Source: Candidatus Binatia bacterium
GTDB lineage: Bacteria > Desulfobacterota > Binatia > Bin18
Assembly (NCBI GenBank): GCA_963664395.2
Contig: OY761159.2
Location: forward strand, 4,576,001-4,640,000
Reading direction: 5' to 3'
DNA: 64,000 nucleotides
Part shown: positions 20,522 to 29,718 of the stretch, piece after piece
Numbering within the stretch: the stretch's first letter is position 1
Layout of the letters: each line of letters opens with the position of its first letter
Position numbers and translations under genes: made by a program
Notes under the pieces: model-generated
The model's input: only the letters and a program-made list of their open reading frames with translations
Databases searched by the model: none
What the model was told of the DNA's origin: nothing

Positions 20522-21187
20522 TTATTGTTGCCCGGCCGCGGCAGGGCCGTTGCGCGGCTGCTTGTAAATCGTGACCGCGCAGGGCCGCCCTACTACCTCG
20601 CCCTTGTCATTGAACTCGCCATACTCTGATTGGAACACATCCATACCCCATTCTCGGGGCTGGGTGTCAAACCAGAGCTTGGTATGCCCGCAGTAATACA
20701 GGACATCTTTTTGGTTAAAACTCCAGGCGTGGGGCCGCTTCGTCACTCCCAGAGCCGTGGGATGGCGCGCGGAGGTTTCGGCCTTTCCCTCCTGGAGCAT
20801 CCGCCCCCCGCTCGGGCAGTAGTGCAGGAAAAATTGAAACTTCTCATCGTCTTCCTCGCAGGTGAAATCGTAGCCATGCGAGCGCAGGAACATGGCATAT
20901 ATTTCCGCCAGCAGGGCCGGGTCTTTGTCCCGATAGGATTCCAGCACCGGCCGCCAGAGTTTTTCGCCCACATAGCGCCAGGCTTCTTCCACCGCGTCCT
21001 CGCCTAGTTTTTCTTTGATGTAGTCCAGAAAAACGGCAGACATATCACCGTATAGGTCATGAATCGGACGGCCTTCTTCCCATATTGCGTCAACGGCTTG
21101 CAGGGCTTCTTCTGTCCGGCCGGCTTGAATAGCGGCTTTTGCTCGATCGCGGGCGGTCTGCATGAAGTCGTGGCGGATACGTTTCAT
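20522..21187 (-). CDS. Conserved hypothetical protein with potential metal ligands
   Basis: LRSHG, CPSGGR, YYCGH motifs; tightly packed in the operon. Confidence 0.7.
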   Translation of the reverse strand: MKRIRHDFMQTARDRAKAAIQAGRTEEALQAVDAIWEEGRPIHDLYGDMSAVFLDYIKEKLGEDAVEEAWRYVGEKLWRPVLESYRDKDPALLAEIYAMFLRSHGYDFTCEEDDEKFQFFLHYCPSGGRMLQEGKAETSARHPTALGVTKRPHAWSFNQKDVLYYCGHTKLWFDTQPREWGMDVFQSEYGEFNDKGEVVGRPCAVTIYKQPRNGPAAAGQQ

Positions 21188-21216
21188 CGACTTGTCCTCC
21201 ACTGTCAGAGGCGGCC

Positions 21217-22341
21217 TCACACGAAAATATCGAGCGGTAAAAATGCGGAAACGACAAAATTTGGGACATCGACGAGTTCGCTGACTTTCAGGTCCACCGC
21301 CACACTACAAATGGCGTAGGCCTGCTGGCGGGTGTAGCCCCGCTCGCCAACCAAGTGATCAATCATGTTCAGTAAAGCGTTGCGAGCAGCCAGGGTGGCG
21401 TCTTCGGAGTGCGCAACTCCGTCACGCGTATGAGACTGTCCGGTCGTAGCAAAAAATCGTTTGGGGACGGCCATCTCCGGCGTCGTAAAATAGTCCTCAC
21501 GAGAGAATTGGATATCGCGAATATTGTGCTGGGCGGCCAGGCCTTTGAGTACCTTGAAGGAGCAGTAACAGGTGGCTCCCATCTCGACCGCGGTCCCGCA
21601 CACTTCCCCATCACCTTGCGCAAAATGGGCATCGCCAACCGAGAATAATCCACCCGGCGTAAAGACGGGGAAGCGGATGGTCGTCCCTTTGGTGAGTTGT
21701 TTGATATCGAGGTTGCCGCCGGTCTCATGCGGGGCGATGGTTCGCATGGCAGTGGAGGCAATACCGGCCTCTGGGGGAACGGCGTCTTTGGCCTCCGGCA
21801 GCAGGACCACGCCCCCACGTTCGGCCAGCTCGGCTTCGCGCTGGTTAATGTGCTGCAATAGTTCATGCGAGGGCGCAAGACCGATCACCCCCATAAAAGG
21901 CGCGCCGGGAATGCGCACCCCAGGCAGATCATCCGACGTGGCAAAGCCGTTCTCAATCGTCCAACGAACGATATGCGGCTCGGTAAAGTCGTTCCGCAGA
22001 AACCCGAAGCCCGGCACCTGGACGGTAAAGCCAAACGGTTGGGGTTCAATTTCAACCAGCGTGACTTCCAGTACATCGCCGGGTTCCGCGCCTTTGACGT
22101 AAATCGGGCCGGTCAGCGGATGGACGACACCAAGGTTTGCATTTTGTAAGTCATCAGCCGTTGTTGCCGGGCTGATAAAGCCATCGAACGCATCCCGCGT
22201 TTCGAGCCCAACAACCTGGCCGGGCTCGACTTGTGCGACCGGCTCGATATCGGGATGCCAACGGTTGTGGCCGAGAGCCGGCTCTTCCTGGAGTGTTTTG
22301 GAACGGTCGATAGCAATATAGGCGGCGGTCTCAATGCTCAT
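21217..22341 (-). CDS. Acetamidase/formamidase family protein
   Basis: HNRWHPDI, HPLTGPI, GGNLD, GDAHFAQGDGEVCGTAVE, VDVPN. Confidence 0.92.
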   Translation of the reverse strand: MSIETAAYIAIDRSKTLQEEPALGHNRWHPDIEPVAQVEPGQVVGLETRDAFDGFISPATTADDLQNANLGVVHPLTGPIYVKGAEPGDVLEVTLVEIEPQPFGFTVQVPGFGFLRNDFTEPHIVRWTIENGFATSDDLPGVRIPGAPFMGVIGLAPSHELLQHINQREAELAERGGVVLLPEAKDAVPPEAGIASTAMRTIAPHETGGNLDIKQLTKGTTIRFPVFTPGGLFSVGDAHFAQGDGEVCGTAVEMGATCYCSFKVLKGLAAQHNIRDIQFSREDYFTTPEMAVPKRFFATTGQSHTRDGVAHSEDATLAARNALLNMIDHLVGERGYTRQQAYAICSVAVDLKVSELVDVPNFVVSAFLPLDIFV

Positions 22342-22366
22342 GGTTTTTCGTTCTCCCTTACCGCCT

Positions 22367-22879
22367 TTAATCAGGCAGGTGTTTTTTGGCCCAGCCTTCC
22401 GCATACGAGGTCAGCAGTTTGAGATTGAGGGCGACGCGGGTAAACTTCCACGTCCCGTCGGTCTGTTTAGCCAGTTCGCTCTCATAGGTACCGCCGATCC
22501 AAAAGGCGTCGTCCTCTCCGGGCTCGTGTCCGGTCTTTTGGCTGGGCATATTGGCCGTTTCCCATAAATACCAGAACGCTTTGGCCGTTTGGCCCCCCGG
22601 ATCAACCTCAACCGCCGGCGAGACCATATAGTGCAGCGTCCAGCCGATAAACGCGCCCGACTCGGCCAGAAACTGACGAATGGCTTCCTTGCCGGTGTAT
22701 ACCCCAAAGCGTTCCCCCCCGTCCCAGACAGCAGCGTCGGCAAACAGGGGGAGCATGATGTCAGGATCATTGCCCCGGTCTGCGCCCTGGGCGTAGCGCA
22801 CGACAAGGAGTTTAATCGCCTCAACGTCTTCCAAACGTTGGACACGGGCCGCGAGCTGTTGGACATCGACATCAGCCAT
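22367..22879 (-). CDS. SnoaL/NTF2-like protein (BaiE/LinA-like)
   Basis: RLEDVEAIKLL...Y...D, LFADAAVW, TLHY, GGTY...GTWKF. Confidence 0.8.
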   Translation of the reverse strand: MADVDVQQLAARVQRLEDVEAIKLLVVRYAQGADRGNDPDIMLPLFADAAVWDGGERFGVYTGKEAIRQFLAESGAFIGWTLHYMVSPAVEVDPGGQTAKAFWYLWETANMPSQKTGHEPGEDDAFWIGGTYESELAKQTDGTWKFTRVALNLKLLTSYAEGWAKKHLPD

Positions 22880-22894
22880 AGGGCCTCTCAATCT

Positions 22895-23239
22895 TCAGGG
22901 TAAGCGGTCGGCGTGAAGCGCGATAAAACGGGACTCGTCAAAGCTGTTGGGCACCCGCGGCTCGCCCTTATAACATTCAACAAACGGGGCTATCTCGGCA
23001 AACGACAGCGTAAGATAAAAGAGCCGCTGCGCATCCGCGGGGAGTGTGTCCAGTTCATACTGATTCAAGTATTCCAGGATGGGATCGAGCCGAGGCAACA
23101 AGACCTGGTACAGGGTTTTGAGTTCTCCGGCGCTACTGGCAGAACGCTGGCGTTCCCGTTCGCGCTGCGTCGCCAGCGACCAGTCCGCCACAAACACTTC
23201 GAGGTCGGCAAACGGTTTGGGTAAACGTGTTGCAGCCAT
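22895..23239 (-). CDS. Hypothetical protein accompanying the Rieske oxygenase
   Basis: LP.PFADLE.F..W.L...RER...R pattern; lies 10 bp downstream of the Rieske gene. Confidence 0.7.
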   Translation of the reverse strand: MAATRLPKPFADLEVFVADWSLATQRERERQRSASSAGELKTLYQVLLPRLDPILEYLNQYELDTLPADAQRLFYLTLSFAEIAPFVECYKGEPRVPNSFDESRFIALHADRLP

Positions 23240-23248
23240 AGCCTGCCC

Positions 23249-24559
23249 CTAGGCGTTCCCGTTGGTTGTGTAAAAGCCGACGTAGTCTTCCAGGACTTTA
23301 TAACTGTGGCGAATCAATATCTCTTGCTCTTGCAGATGGAAATGGGTTTTGACCCCGGAAGAGAGGGCCTCCTGGGTTGCTTCCATGGTAGCCGTGTCTT
23401 CGAGCCAGGCGTTCCGCAGCACGGTGTTGTTAAACTCCTGGGCAAAACGTTCGCCCGGCGTTGTCGCCGTCGGCCAGTAGGCGCGGCCTTCCCAGAGTGT
23501 CCGGTCCACGTCTAACGGCCAGAACTGATGCGTGAACCACATACCCGGCAGAACGTGCAGAATCAGGTTGGGAAAGATCACGTCCAAATCAAAGCCGAAT
23601 TCTGCGCTCCGAGTGGGATTCACCTCCGCTGGGAGTTGGTCTTGGGCTGCGGACCGTTTGGTCACAGTTTCGCCAAAACGATAGGCAACCGCTGCTGCCG
23701 GGCTCGGATTGTGGTGAGGGTTGCCATATACAATGCAGGAGCGATGCGGGCCATAGAAGCGGACCTCAGGCAGATGACACATGGGATTATTCTTTCCTGT
23801 AAACGTGTCCGGATACGACTGACCGTGGATCACATTCACGTGATAGCCCTCGGAGAAGGCGTCCAAGGCGACTTTCCAGTTACACCGAATCTCGGTTTGA
23901 TAGGCGTACCGCGCAGTCAGGTCGGCATACGGGAAGCTGCCCATGCGGGGGCCAAACGCGCCCAGATAGTCCTCAAGCGACTGCGCCGGCTGAGGATCGA
24001 TATTGGCAAACAGAAAGCCCTGCCACAGGGCAGTCGCAACCGGCACCAGTCCGTTGGCGGCTTTCTCAAAATTATGAAAAAACTCTTCATCCGGTACCCC
24101 GACTAATCGGCCTTCAGTATCATAGACCCAGCCGTGGAATTTGCACGAAAAGTTCCGACAGGTTCCGCTCGCTTCCCAGGCCAGCTTATTACCGCGATGA
24201 GAGCAGATGTTGTGGAAGCCACGGATGGCGCCATCCTGCCCTCGGACAAAAATAACCGAGGTCCGGCAGGCTTTGAGATCACGCACCATATAGTCGCCGG
24301 GCTGGGAAATTTCTTCCTCACGGCCCACGTACAGCCAGACCTTGCGGAACACCCGTTCGCGTACTCCAACTTGAAATACTCCGGGCTGGGAAATTTCTTC
24401 CTCACGGCCCACGTACAGCCAGACCTTGCGGAACACCCGTTCGCGTTCCAACTTGAAATACTCCGGCGAGATACACGGTTCGGTCGGCACGGGCTCGGTG
24501 CCCAACTCGGGATACTCTTCCGACCAACGCTTATTGACATCAAAGATAGCGGTTGCCAT
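23249..24559 (-). CDS. Rieske non-heme iron oxygenase alpha subunit with an internal 28-aa duplication
   Basis: CSHRG...CKFHGW Rieske motif, NWK...EGYH...H and ED mononuclear Fe ligands. Confidence 0.92.
   Translation of the reverse strand: MATAIFDVNKRWSEEYPELGTEPVPTEPCISPEYFKLERERVFRKVWLYVGREEEISQPGVFQVGVRERVFRKVWLYVGREEEISQPGDYMVRDLKACRTSVIFVRGQDGAIRGFHNICSHRGNKLAWEASGTCRNFSCKFHGWVYDTEGRLVGVPDEEFFHNFEKAANGLVPVATALWQGFLFANIDPQPAQSLEDYLGAFGPRMGSFPYADLTARYAYQTEIRCNWKVALDAFSEGYHVNVIHGQSYPDTFTGKNNPMCHLPEVRFYGPHRSCIVYGNPHHNPSPAAAVAYRFGETVTKRSAAQDQLPAEVNPTRSAEFGFDLDVIFPNLILHVLPGMWFTHQFWPLDVDRTLWEGRAYWPTATTPGERFAQEFNNTVLRNAWLEDTATMEATQEALSSGVKTHFHLQEQEILIRHSYKVLEDYVGFYTTNGNA
24297..24466. repeat. 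Tandem duplication (82-bp unit; one copy carries a 2-nt insertion)
   Basis: 24297-24380 (84 bp) versus 24381-24462 (82 bp), bounded by CCGG. Confidence 0.95.
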
Positions 24560-24584
24560 ATCCCCTCCACTTTGCTTTCAGTCC

Positions 24585-25694
24585 CTATGCGGCAGCCGAA
24601 CGCAGACTCTTTTGCACTTCCGTCTGAAGTACGGGCATGACTTTTTTGGCGAACAAATCCTGCGTTTTCAGCGCCCGGTCCTTGGCAATACCGCCATAAT
24701 GACTAATCACAATCAGTTCGTCGAACCGAAACTCTTTCCACAGCGCGAGCAGTTGTTTGCCCACGCTGTCCGGCGACCCGACAAAAACGATGCCGGCCTC
24801 GACGAGTTCCTCATACGAGAGAGTACGCAAGTTTGGGAAATCGTCTGCGGCATAAAAGGCATAGCCGGCATCTATCAGACGCTGTTTTTCTGCCGGTGTG
24901 TTTCGGGCCAGTGAGTCCATGGGCGACACATTGAAATCAATAAAATTGCGGACCGGCTGTTCAGCCTCACGCCGAGCCGTGTGTTCATCCTCATCAATAT
25001 AGATGGCCTTGACCCAACCGAGATGCGAAGGTTTCCCAGCCGCTTGACACGCCTGCTGATACAGTCTGGCCGGCTCACGAAACACTGAGGTCGGAGCCGG
25101 ACCACCAATACACACGCCCCAGTCTCTTTGGGCAGCCATGGTGAACCACTTGGCGCTTGTGCCGACTTGGAAAATCTTGGGATGCGGTTTTTGGTACGGT
25201 TTGGGCACAACCGACAAATCTTTGACCTGATAATACTTGCCGTCGTACGAGAAGCGCTCTTCGGTCCAGGCCTTGATCAGAATATCGAGCGCCTCAACAT
25301 AGCGCTCTTGGTTCTCTTCCAGCACGATGTTGGCCGGCTCATTCAGCCAGGCGTGCCCGCGGCCTACCCCGCACTCAATCCGGCCCTTGGTCAGAATATC
25401 CGCTTCCGCGATCTCGCCGGCCAGAATCATGGGATTATGCAGCGGGAGCGTATGGCACAGCGTGCGGAATCGAATCTGGGAAGTCCGCTCGGCCAGGGTG
25501 CAATACAGGGCCAGCGGGTTGGGGTTAATGGCGAACTGTTCAAAGAACGGGTGTTCGAGCGTCGTGAAAACGGAGAAGCCGTTCCGGTCGGCATGAATGC
25601 CGAGGGCGATCACGTCTTCGATCAACTGGGCGTGGTCTCTACCGGGGGGGCATTGAAATTCAACATAGGTTCCGAAGCGTAAGGGGCGTGACAT
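24585..25694 (-). CDS. LLM-class (luciferase-like) flavin-dependent oxidoreductase
   Basis: TLEHPF, LPLHNP..LAGEIA..D, GRIECGVGRG, PKPYQKPHP. Confidence 0.9.
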   Translation of the reverse strand: MSRPLRFGTYVEFQCPPGRDHAQLIEDVIALGIHADRNGFSVFTTLEHPFFEQFAINPNPLALYCTLAERTSQIRFRTLCHTLPLHNPMILAGEIAEADILTKGRIECGVGRGHAWLNEPANIVLEENQERYVEALDILIKAWTEERFSYDGKYYQVKDLSVVPKPYQKPHPKIFQVGTSAKWFTMAAQRDWGVCIGGPAPTSVFREPARLYQQACQAAGKPSHLGWVKAIYIDEDEHTARREAEQPVRNFIDFNVSPMDSLARNTPAEKQRLIDAGYAFYAADDFPNLRTLSYEELVEAGIVFVGSPDSVGKQLLALWKEFRFDELIVISHYGGIAKDRALKTQDLFAKKVMPVLQTEVQKSLRSAAA

Positions 25695-25848
25695 GCAGCT
25701 ATCCTTCTTTTGACGACTGTCCTGTATTGTCACATATAGACCGGTTCTGACAAGGCCGTGACGCTCACGCGGAAGCGCCGAGATCGACACAGCAGGTGGT
25801 CTTGGGTAGGCTACGCGATAGTAGAACCCAAAGGGAGGAATACGCAGC

Positions 25849-26544
25849 ATGATAGATCTGTATACTTGGCCAACGCCAAATGGGCATAAGGTTCATATTT
25901 TTCTGGAAGAGACGGATCTGGAGTACAACGTTATTCCAGTTAATATTCTCACCGGAGATCAATTCGATCCCGAGTTCCTGAAGATCAGCCCGAACAATAA
26001 AATGCCGGCGATGGTAGACCGGGACGGACCGGACGGAAAGCCGTATGCCGTGTTTGAATCCGGAGCCATGCTGCTCTACCTGGCGGAGAAAACGGGCCGG
26101 TTCATGCCGACTGGCATGGCAGACCGCTATACGGTTATCCAATGGCTGATGTTTCAGATGGGCGGGATTGGCCCCATGCTGGGACAGGCACATCACTTCC
26201 GGTTATATGCACCAGAAAAGATCGAGTATGCCTTTAATCGGTATACGAATGAAGCCAGCCGCTTGTACCGCGTGGTGGATACCCGTTTGGCAGATGCCGA
26301 GTATTTGGCCGGCGACTACTCGATTGCCGATATGGCGACCTACCCCTGGCTGCGTTACCACGAAAATCAAGGCCAGAAGCTGGAAGACTATCCGCACCTC
26401 AAGCGCTGGTACGACGCCCTCAGCGAACGGCCGGCGGTCCAGAAAGGGCTCGCCGTGCTCCAAGAAGAGAGCCGCTCTCCACAGCAGATGGACCGGCAGG
26501 CCAAGACGCTGCTTTTCGGCGCCGGTCAGTATGAGAAACGCTAA
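25849..26544 (+). CDS. Glutathione S-transferase, YfcG/YghU (Nu) class
   Basis: TPNGHK, SPNNKMP, FESGAML, GPMLGQAHHF. Confidence 0.92.
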   Translation: MIDLYTWPTPNGHKVHIFLEETDLEYNVIPVNILTGDQFDPEFLKISPNNKMPAMVDRDGPDGKPYAVFESGAMLLYLAEKTGRFMPTGMADRYTVIQWLMFQMGGIGPMLGQAHHFRLYAPEKIEYAFNRYTNEASRLYRVVDTRLADAEYLAGDYSIADMATYPWLRYHENQGQKLEDYPHLKRWYDALSERPAVQKGLAVLQEESRSPQQMDRQAKTLLFGAGQYEKR

Positions 26545-26688
26545 ATTCTTGTCTCCCACCCCTCCTGAGAAGAGAATGAAGCAACGTCACTTCCCCTCCA
26601 AAGAGGGATGCTACGTAGCGGTGGGGTGGGTTGCAGCCCGGACCCACAGGCCAGATGAGAGCAGCGGAATTCTAAAGAACAGGTCCAT

Positions 26689-27585
26689 ATGACTTGGCTA
26701 CTCTTTATTGACGAGAGCGGACACGATCACAGAACTACGCCTTATGAGGTTCGAGGCGGGATCGCGATTCACGTTAGTTCGCTCTGGCCCTTCGTGCAGG
26801 CTATGCGACGGCTGGAGTTGGATTGTTTCGGCTGCCAGTTGCACGAATACAAAAAAGAGATCAAGGGCTCTACGTTGCTCAGCAAAAAACGTTATAGATT
26901 TGCCGGACAGGGCGAGTTATTACCTGATGGGGACAGGCGCAAGCTCTGCCGGTCCTTCCTCACCAAAGGCGATAAGACCAAGAACCGCACACCCAGCAGA
27001 GATGAGTTCACCGCCTATGGTCAAGCCTGTCTCTTAATGGCGCAAGAGACCGTTAAGCTCCTCCAAGAGCATGAAGCCATATTGCTGGCTTCCGCTATAC
27101 CGCAAAGTGTCGCCAAGCCGCCCGCCTATCAGTTCGATGACTACCTGAGAAAGGATATTGTTTTCCTGCTTGAGAGATTTTTCTATCTCCTGGAGGAAAA
27201 GGGTGAACATGGTGTCATTGTCATGGACGAAACCGAGAAACACCAAGACCGAAGATTGGTCACCAGAATGGAAAGCTACTTCACGAAAACCAACGAAGGC
27301 CAGTCCAGGACGGAATGGATCGTACCAACTCCGTTTTTCGTCTCGTCCGATATGACCTACGCCATCCAAGCGGCGGATGTGTGCATCTATTGCGTAAACT
27401 GGGGATTTCGCCTTCCCCAGCGTGGAATGGACGCCGAGCGTCGCAATGAAATCGTTAAGATGTTCGGAGCCGACTTGGCGAATCTTCAGTTTCGCGGTAC
27501 GCCAAGGGAGAGAGATAGGCATACCTTCGAGCCTTACGGAATCGTCTACGTCCCCGATCCATATGAAGCGAGATCGACCCCATAA
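26689..27585 (+). CDS. DUF3800 family protein (predicted RNase H-like fold)
   Basis: N-terminal LFIDESG and C-terminal IQAAD, the DUF3800 signature pair. Confidence 0.85.
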   Translation: MTWLLFIDESGHDHRTTPYEVRGGIAIHVSSLWPFVQAMRRLELDCFGCQLHEYKKEIKGSTLLSKKRYRFAGQGELLPDGDRRKLCRSFLTKGDKTKNRTPSRDEFTAYGQACLLMAQETVKLLQEHEAILLASAIPQSVAKPPAYQFDDYLRKDIVFLLERFFYLLEEKGEHGVIVMDETEKHQDRRLVTRMESYFTKTNEGQSRTEWIVPTPFFVSSDMTYAIQAADVCIYCVNWGFRLPQRGMDAERRNEIVKMFGADLANLQFRGTPRERDRHTFEPYGIVYVPDPYEARSTP

Positions 27586-27616
27586 AAAAAGAGGCAAAGC
27601 AGCCGCCACAGCCTCT
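27584..27616 (-). terminator. Intrinsic terminator of the putative sRNA
   Basis: GAGGC-N15-GCCTC followed by T7 on the minus strand, abutting the DUF3800 stop codon. Confidence 0.6.
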
Positions 27617-27656
27617 TACACTTCAAGTGCAGATTCGCGCGGAGCCGAGCCTCCAC
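27584..27656 (-). ncRNA. Putative DUF3800-associated small structured RNA, convergent with the gene
   Basis: Lies between a sigma70-like promoter and a U-rich terminator. Hairpins GUGGAG/CUCCGC, UGCACU/AGUGUA and AGAGGC/GCCUCU. Confidence 0.6.
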
Positions 27657-27661
27657 ATCAA

Positions 27662-27690
27662 AAAATAAGCTTTTGTCGCCAGACCGTCAA
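27662..27690 (-). promoter_or_regulatory. Sigma70-like promoter of the putative sRNA
   Basis: TTGACG (27690-27685), 17 bp spacer, TATTTT (27667-27662). Confidence 0.55.
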
Positions 27691-27740
27691 GTAGTGCAGC
27701 GCGTCGGAGTGAGACGGGTCTTCTCGTCCTCGTCTCATTT

Positions 27741-29096
27741 TTATTCCTCGTTCCTGCTTGCCATCGATTTCACACGAAACGGTTCAGGCCGCCACTGCCA
27801 ATAGGGCCGGGCTTCGGCTTGATGCCGCACCCCGTGTAAACGTATACGATCCGTCAAATTGAGCAGCAGCGGCATGACATCCGCCCCACGGATATGGCCG
27901 AGTCCGCCACGGATCACCGCCCGTTCGTGAAACGCAGTTACAGGATCAGACAGGACGTTGGGTCCTCCGGCAATCAGAATGGGAACCGCCTCACCCGAAT
28001 GGATGAGCGGCCCGCTGCTCGGTGTGGCATGGTCGCCGGTCACGACAACGAGCAGGTCAGATTGATTTTTGACCTGCGCTACAACCGGCCCGAGCGCGGC
28101 ATCGAGCGCCTCAATGGCGCGCATTTTGCCAACTGGGTCTTTGTGATGCCCAGCCACATCCGGGGCCTTGGAATGCACATGCACGAACTCATACCCCTGG
28201 GCGAAGAGGGAATCTGCCGCCCGCAGTTTCTCTCTGAAGTCCACCGTGGTGTCGGCCGTCCACGGGGTGGAAACCGGCGTCATGCCACACGCTCGGGCGA
28301 TGCCGACATACAGCGGATAATTTTCAATGCTGGCCGCGCGGAGGCCGTTTTGCTCCTGAAACGGGGCCACCTCGGGCCGGACGGCGGCCCACTTGGTCAG
28401 TAAAAAATTGATGGGCACGCTACCGCGCGATTGTCGTTCCCGGTTCAGCGGGTGCTGGCTGAGTTGCTGATACACCCAGCCGAGATAGGCGTTGAGCGCG
28501 GCGGCGGTGCGCTTGGCATTCTGAGGGTGTGGGGATTCCGCTAGAGGTTGAGCCCGCGCCACATAGGCGTTGTTATAGAACGGATCGACATCGGTAATGT
28601 CTCGGCTCGGATGGCCGCGCAGCATCAGTATGGCTTCGCAGCGGCGGCATGGGGTCAACGCAAACTGTATCCCGTGCGTCTCGTACAAGGCGATGGCTTC
28701 ACACAGCCGGGTGCAATCCGCTTCATCTCCCGCTTGAGATTTTTCCCACAATAAGGCGTCTCGACGCACTTTGCCGTCAATCACTGTTGTTTCAGCAAAA
28801 CTTGCCAGCAGCACAACAGACTCAGGCGGCACCTCAATATCCCGGCCCATAGACTCAAACGCTGCCCGGCCAGGGAATTGCTCCAGCCCATAGCCAAACA
28901 GAATAAAGTGCGAGGTGTCGCTCTCCAGGGGAACACCGGGCGCGAGCGGCGTGAGTAAGCCCGTGGTGCCGAGTGTAGCCAGTTGGTCCAGATGCGGTGT
29001 ATGGGCAGCCTCAAGCGGGGTTTTTCCACTCAGGACAAGCTGTGGCCGGTCGGCCAGCCCGTCAAGAATAATGAAAAGGATAGGTAGGGATGGCAT
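27741..29096 (-). CDS. ApgM-like 2,3-bisphosphoglycerate-independent phosphoglycerate mutase (alkaline phosphatase superfamily)
   Basis: ILDGLAD, TPLEAAHTP, ESDTSH, HSKAPDVAGH, TGDHATP, HSGEAVP. Confidence 0.85.
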   Translation of the reverse strand: MPSLPILFIILDGLADRPQLVLSGKTPLEAAHTPHLDQLATLGTTGLLTPLAPGVPLESDTSHFILFGYGLEQFPGRAAFESMGRDIEVPPESVVLLASFAETTVIDGKVRRDALLWEKSQAGDEADCTRLCEAIALYETHGIQFALTPCRRCEAILMLRGHPSRDITDVDPFYNNAYVARAQPLAESPHPQNAKRTAAALNAYLGWVYQQLSQHPLNRERQSRGSVPINFLLTKWAAVRPEVAPFQEQNGLRAASIENYPLYVGIARACGMTPVSTPWTADTTVDFREKLRAADSLFAQGYEFVHVHSKAPDVAGHHKDPVGKMRAIEALDAALGPVVAQVKNQSDLLVVVTGDHATPSSGPLIHSGEAVPILIAGGPNVLSDPVTAFHERAVIRGGLGHIRGADVMPLLLNLTDRIRLHGVRHQAEARPYWQWRPEPFRVKSMASRNEE

Positions 29097-29108
29097 GAGC
29101 AGCGCTTC

Positions 29109-29681
29109 TTACGAGGAGGCGTATCGAGCCAGTCGAGCCAGTCGAGCCAGTCGAGTTTGAGCCTCAATCTGCTTCAGGACTTCGCCCACGCCGCGTGGCA
29201 CGAGATGCTCCCAGCCTCGTCCTTGGATTAAGCAGCGACGAACAGCACTGCCGCTTTCTTGTTTGGCCGCGCCGGCATCAAGGACCTCGACCTGCCATCC
29301 TGCCGCTTGGAGGCGGGCGACTTTCTCCCGGCCCCACTCCGAGAATACGCGGATAAACTGCACGGTTTCTTTGGGACAATAATGCGCCCAGCGCTCGGGA
29401 GCGTGAATCGGAAAGGGAACAATGGAGACCCGACTCAGCTCAACCGCTACCTCGACCAAGGCGGCCCGAATCATCCATTGCCGCTCAAAAAAGGTAAAGG
29501 GATTAGCCTCCGGTGTATGCCGCTGGGTATCCGCAGCTTCTGACTGCATTTCGGATGGGTCGGGATTGGTGATGCCGATAATAAGATGCTCACTCCGCCG
29601 GAGCGCCTCCAGAGTGTAGTGCAAATGGCCGGTATGAAAGGGCTGAAAGCGACCATGAACCATGCCGTAGCGCGCGCGCAT
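29109..29681 (-). CDS. HIGH-family nucleotidyltransferase (NMN adenylyltransferase NadM-like)
   Basis: GRFQPFHTGH, NPFT..ER, SGSAVR...WEHLVP. Confidence 0.85.
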   Translation of the reverse strand: MRARYGMVHGRFQPFHTGHLHYTLEALRRSEHLIIGITNPDPSEMQSEAADTQRHTPEANPFTFFERQWMIRAALVEVAVELSRVSIVPFPIHAPERWAHYCPKETVQFIRVFSEWGREKVARLQAAGWQVEVLDAGAAKQESGSAVRRCLIQGRGWEHLVPRGVGEVLKQIEAQTRLARLARLARYASS

Positions 29682-29718
29682 ATCCGCTGCCTATCCCATG
29701 CGGAGCGCAAGGGCAAGA

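Noticed and set aside
27584-27656. Canonical tRNA gene
   Set aside because: No TTC-type T-loop, no 7-nt anticodon loop and no CCA; reported as a putative ncRNA instead.
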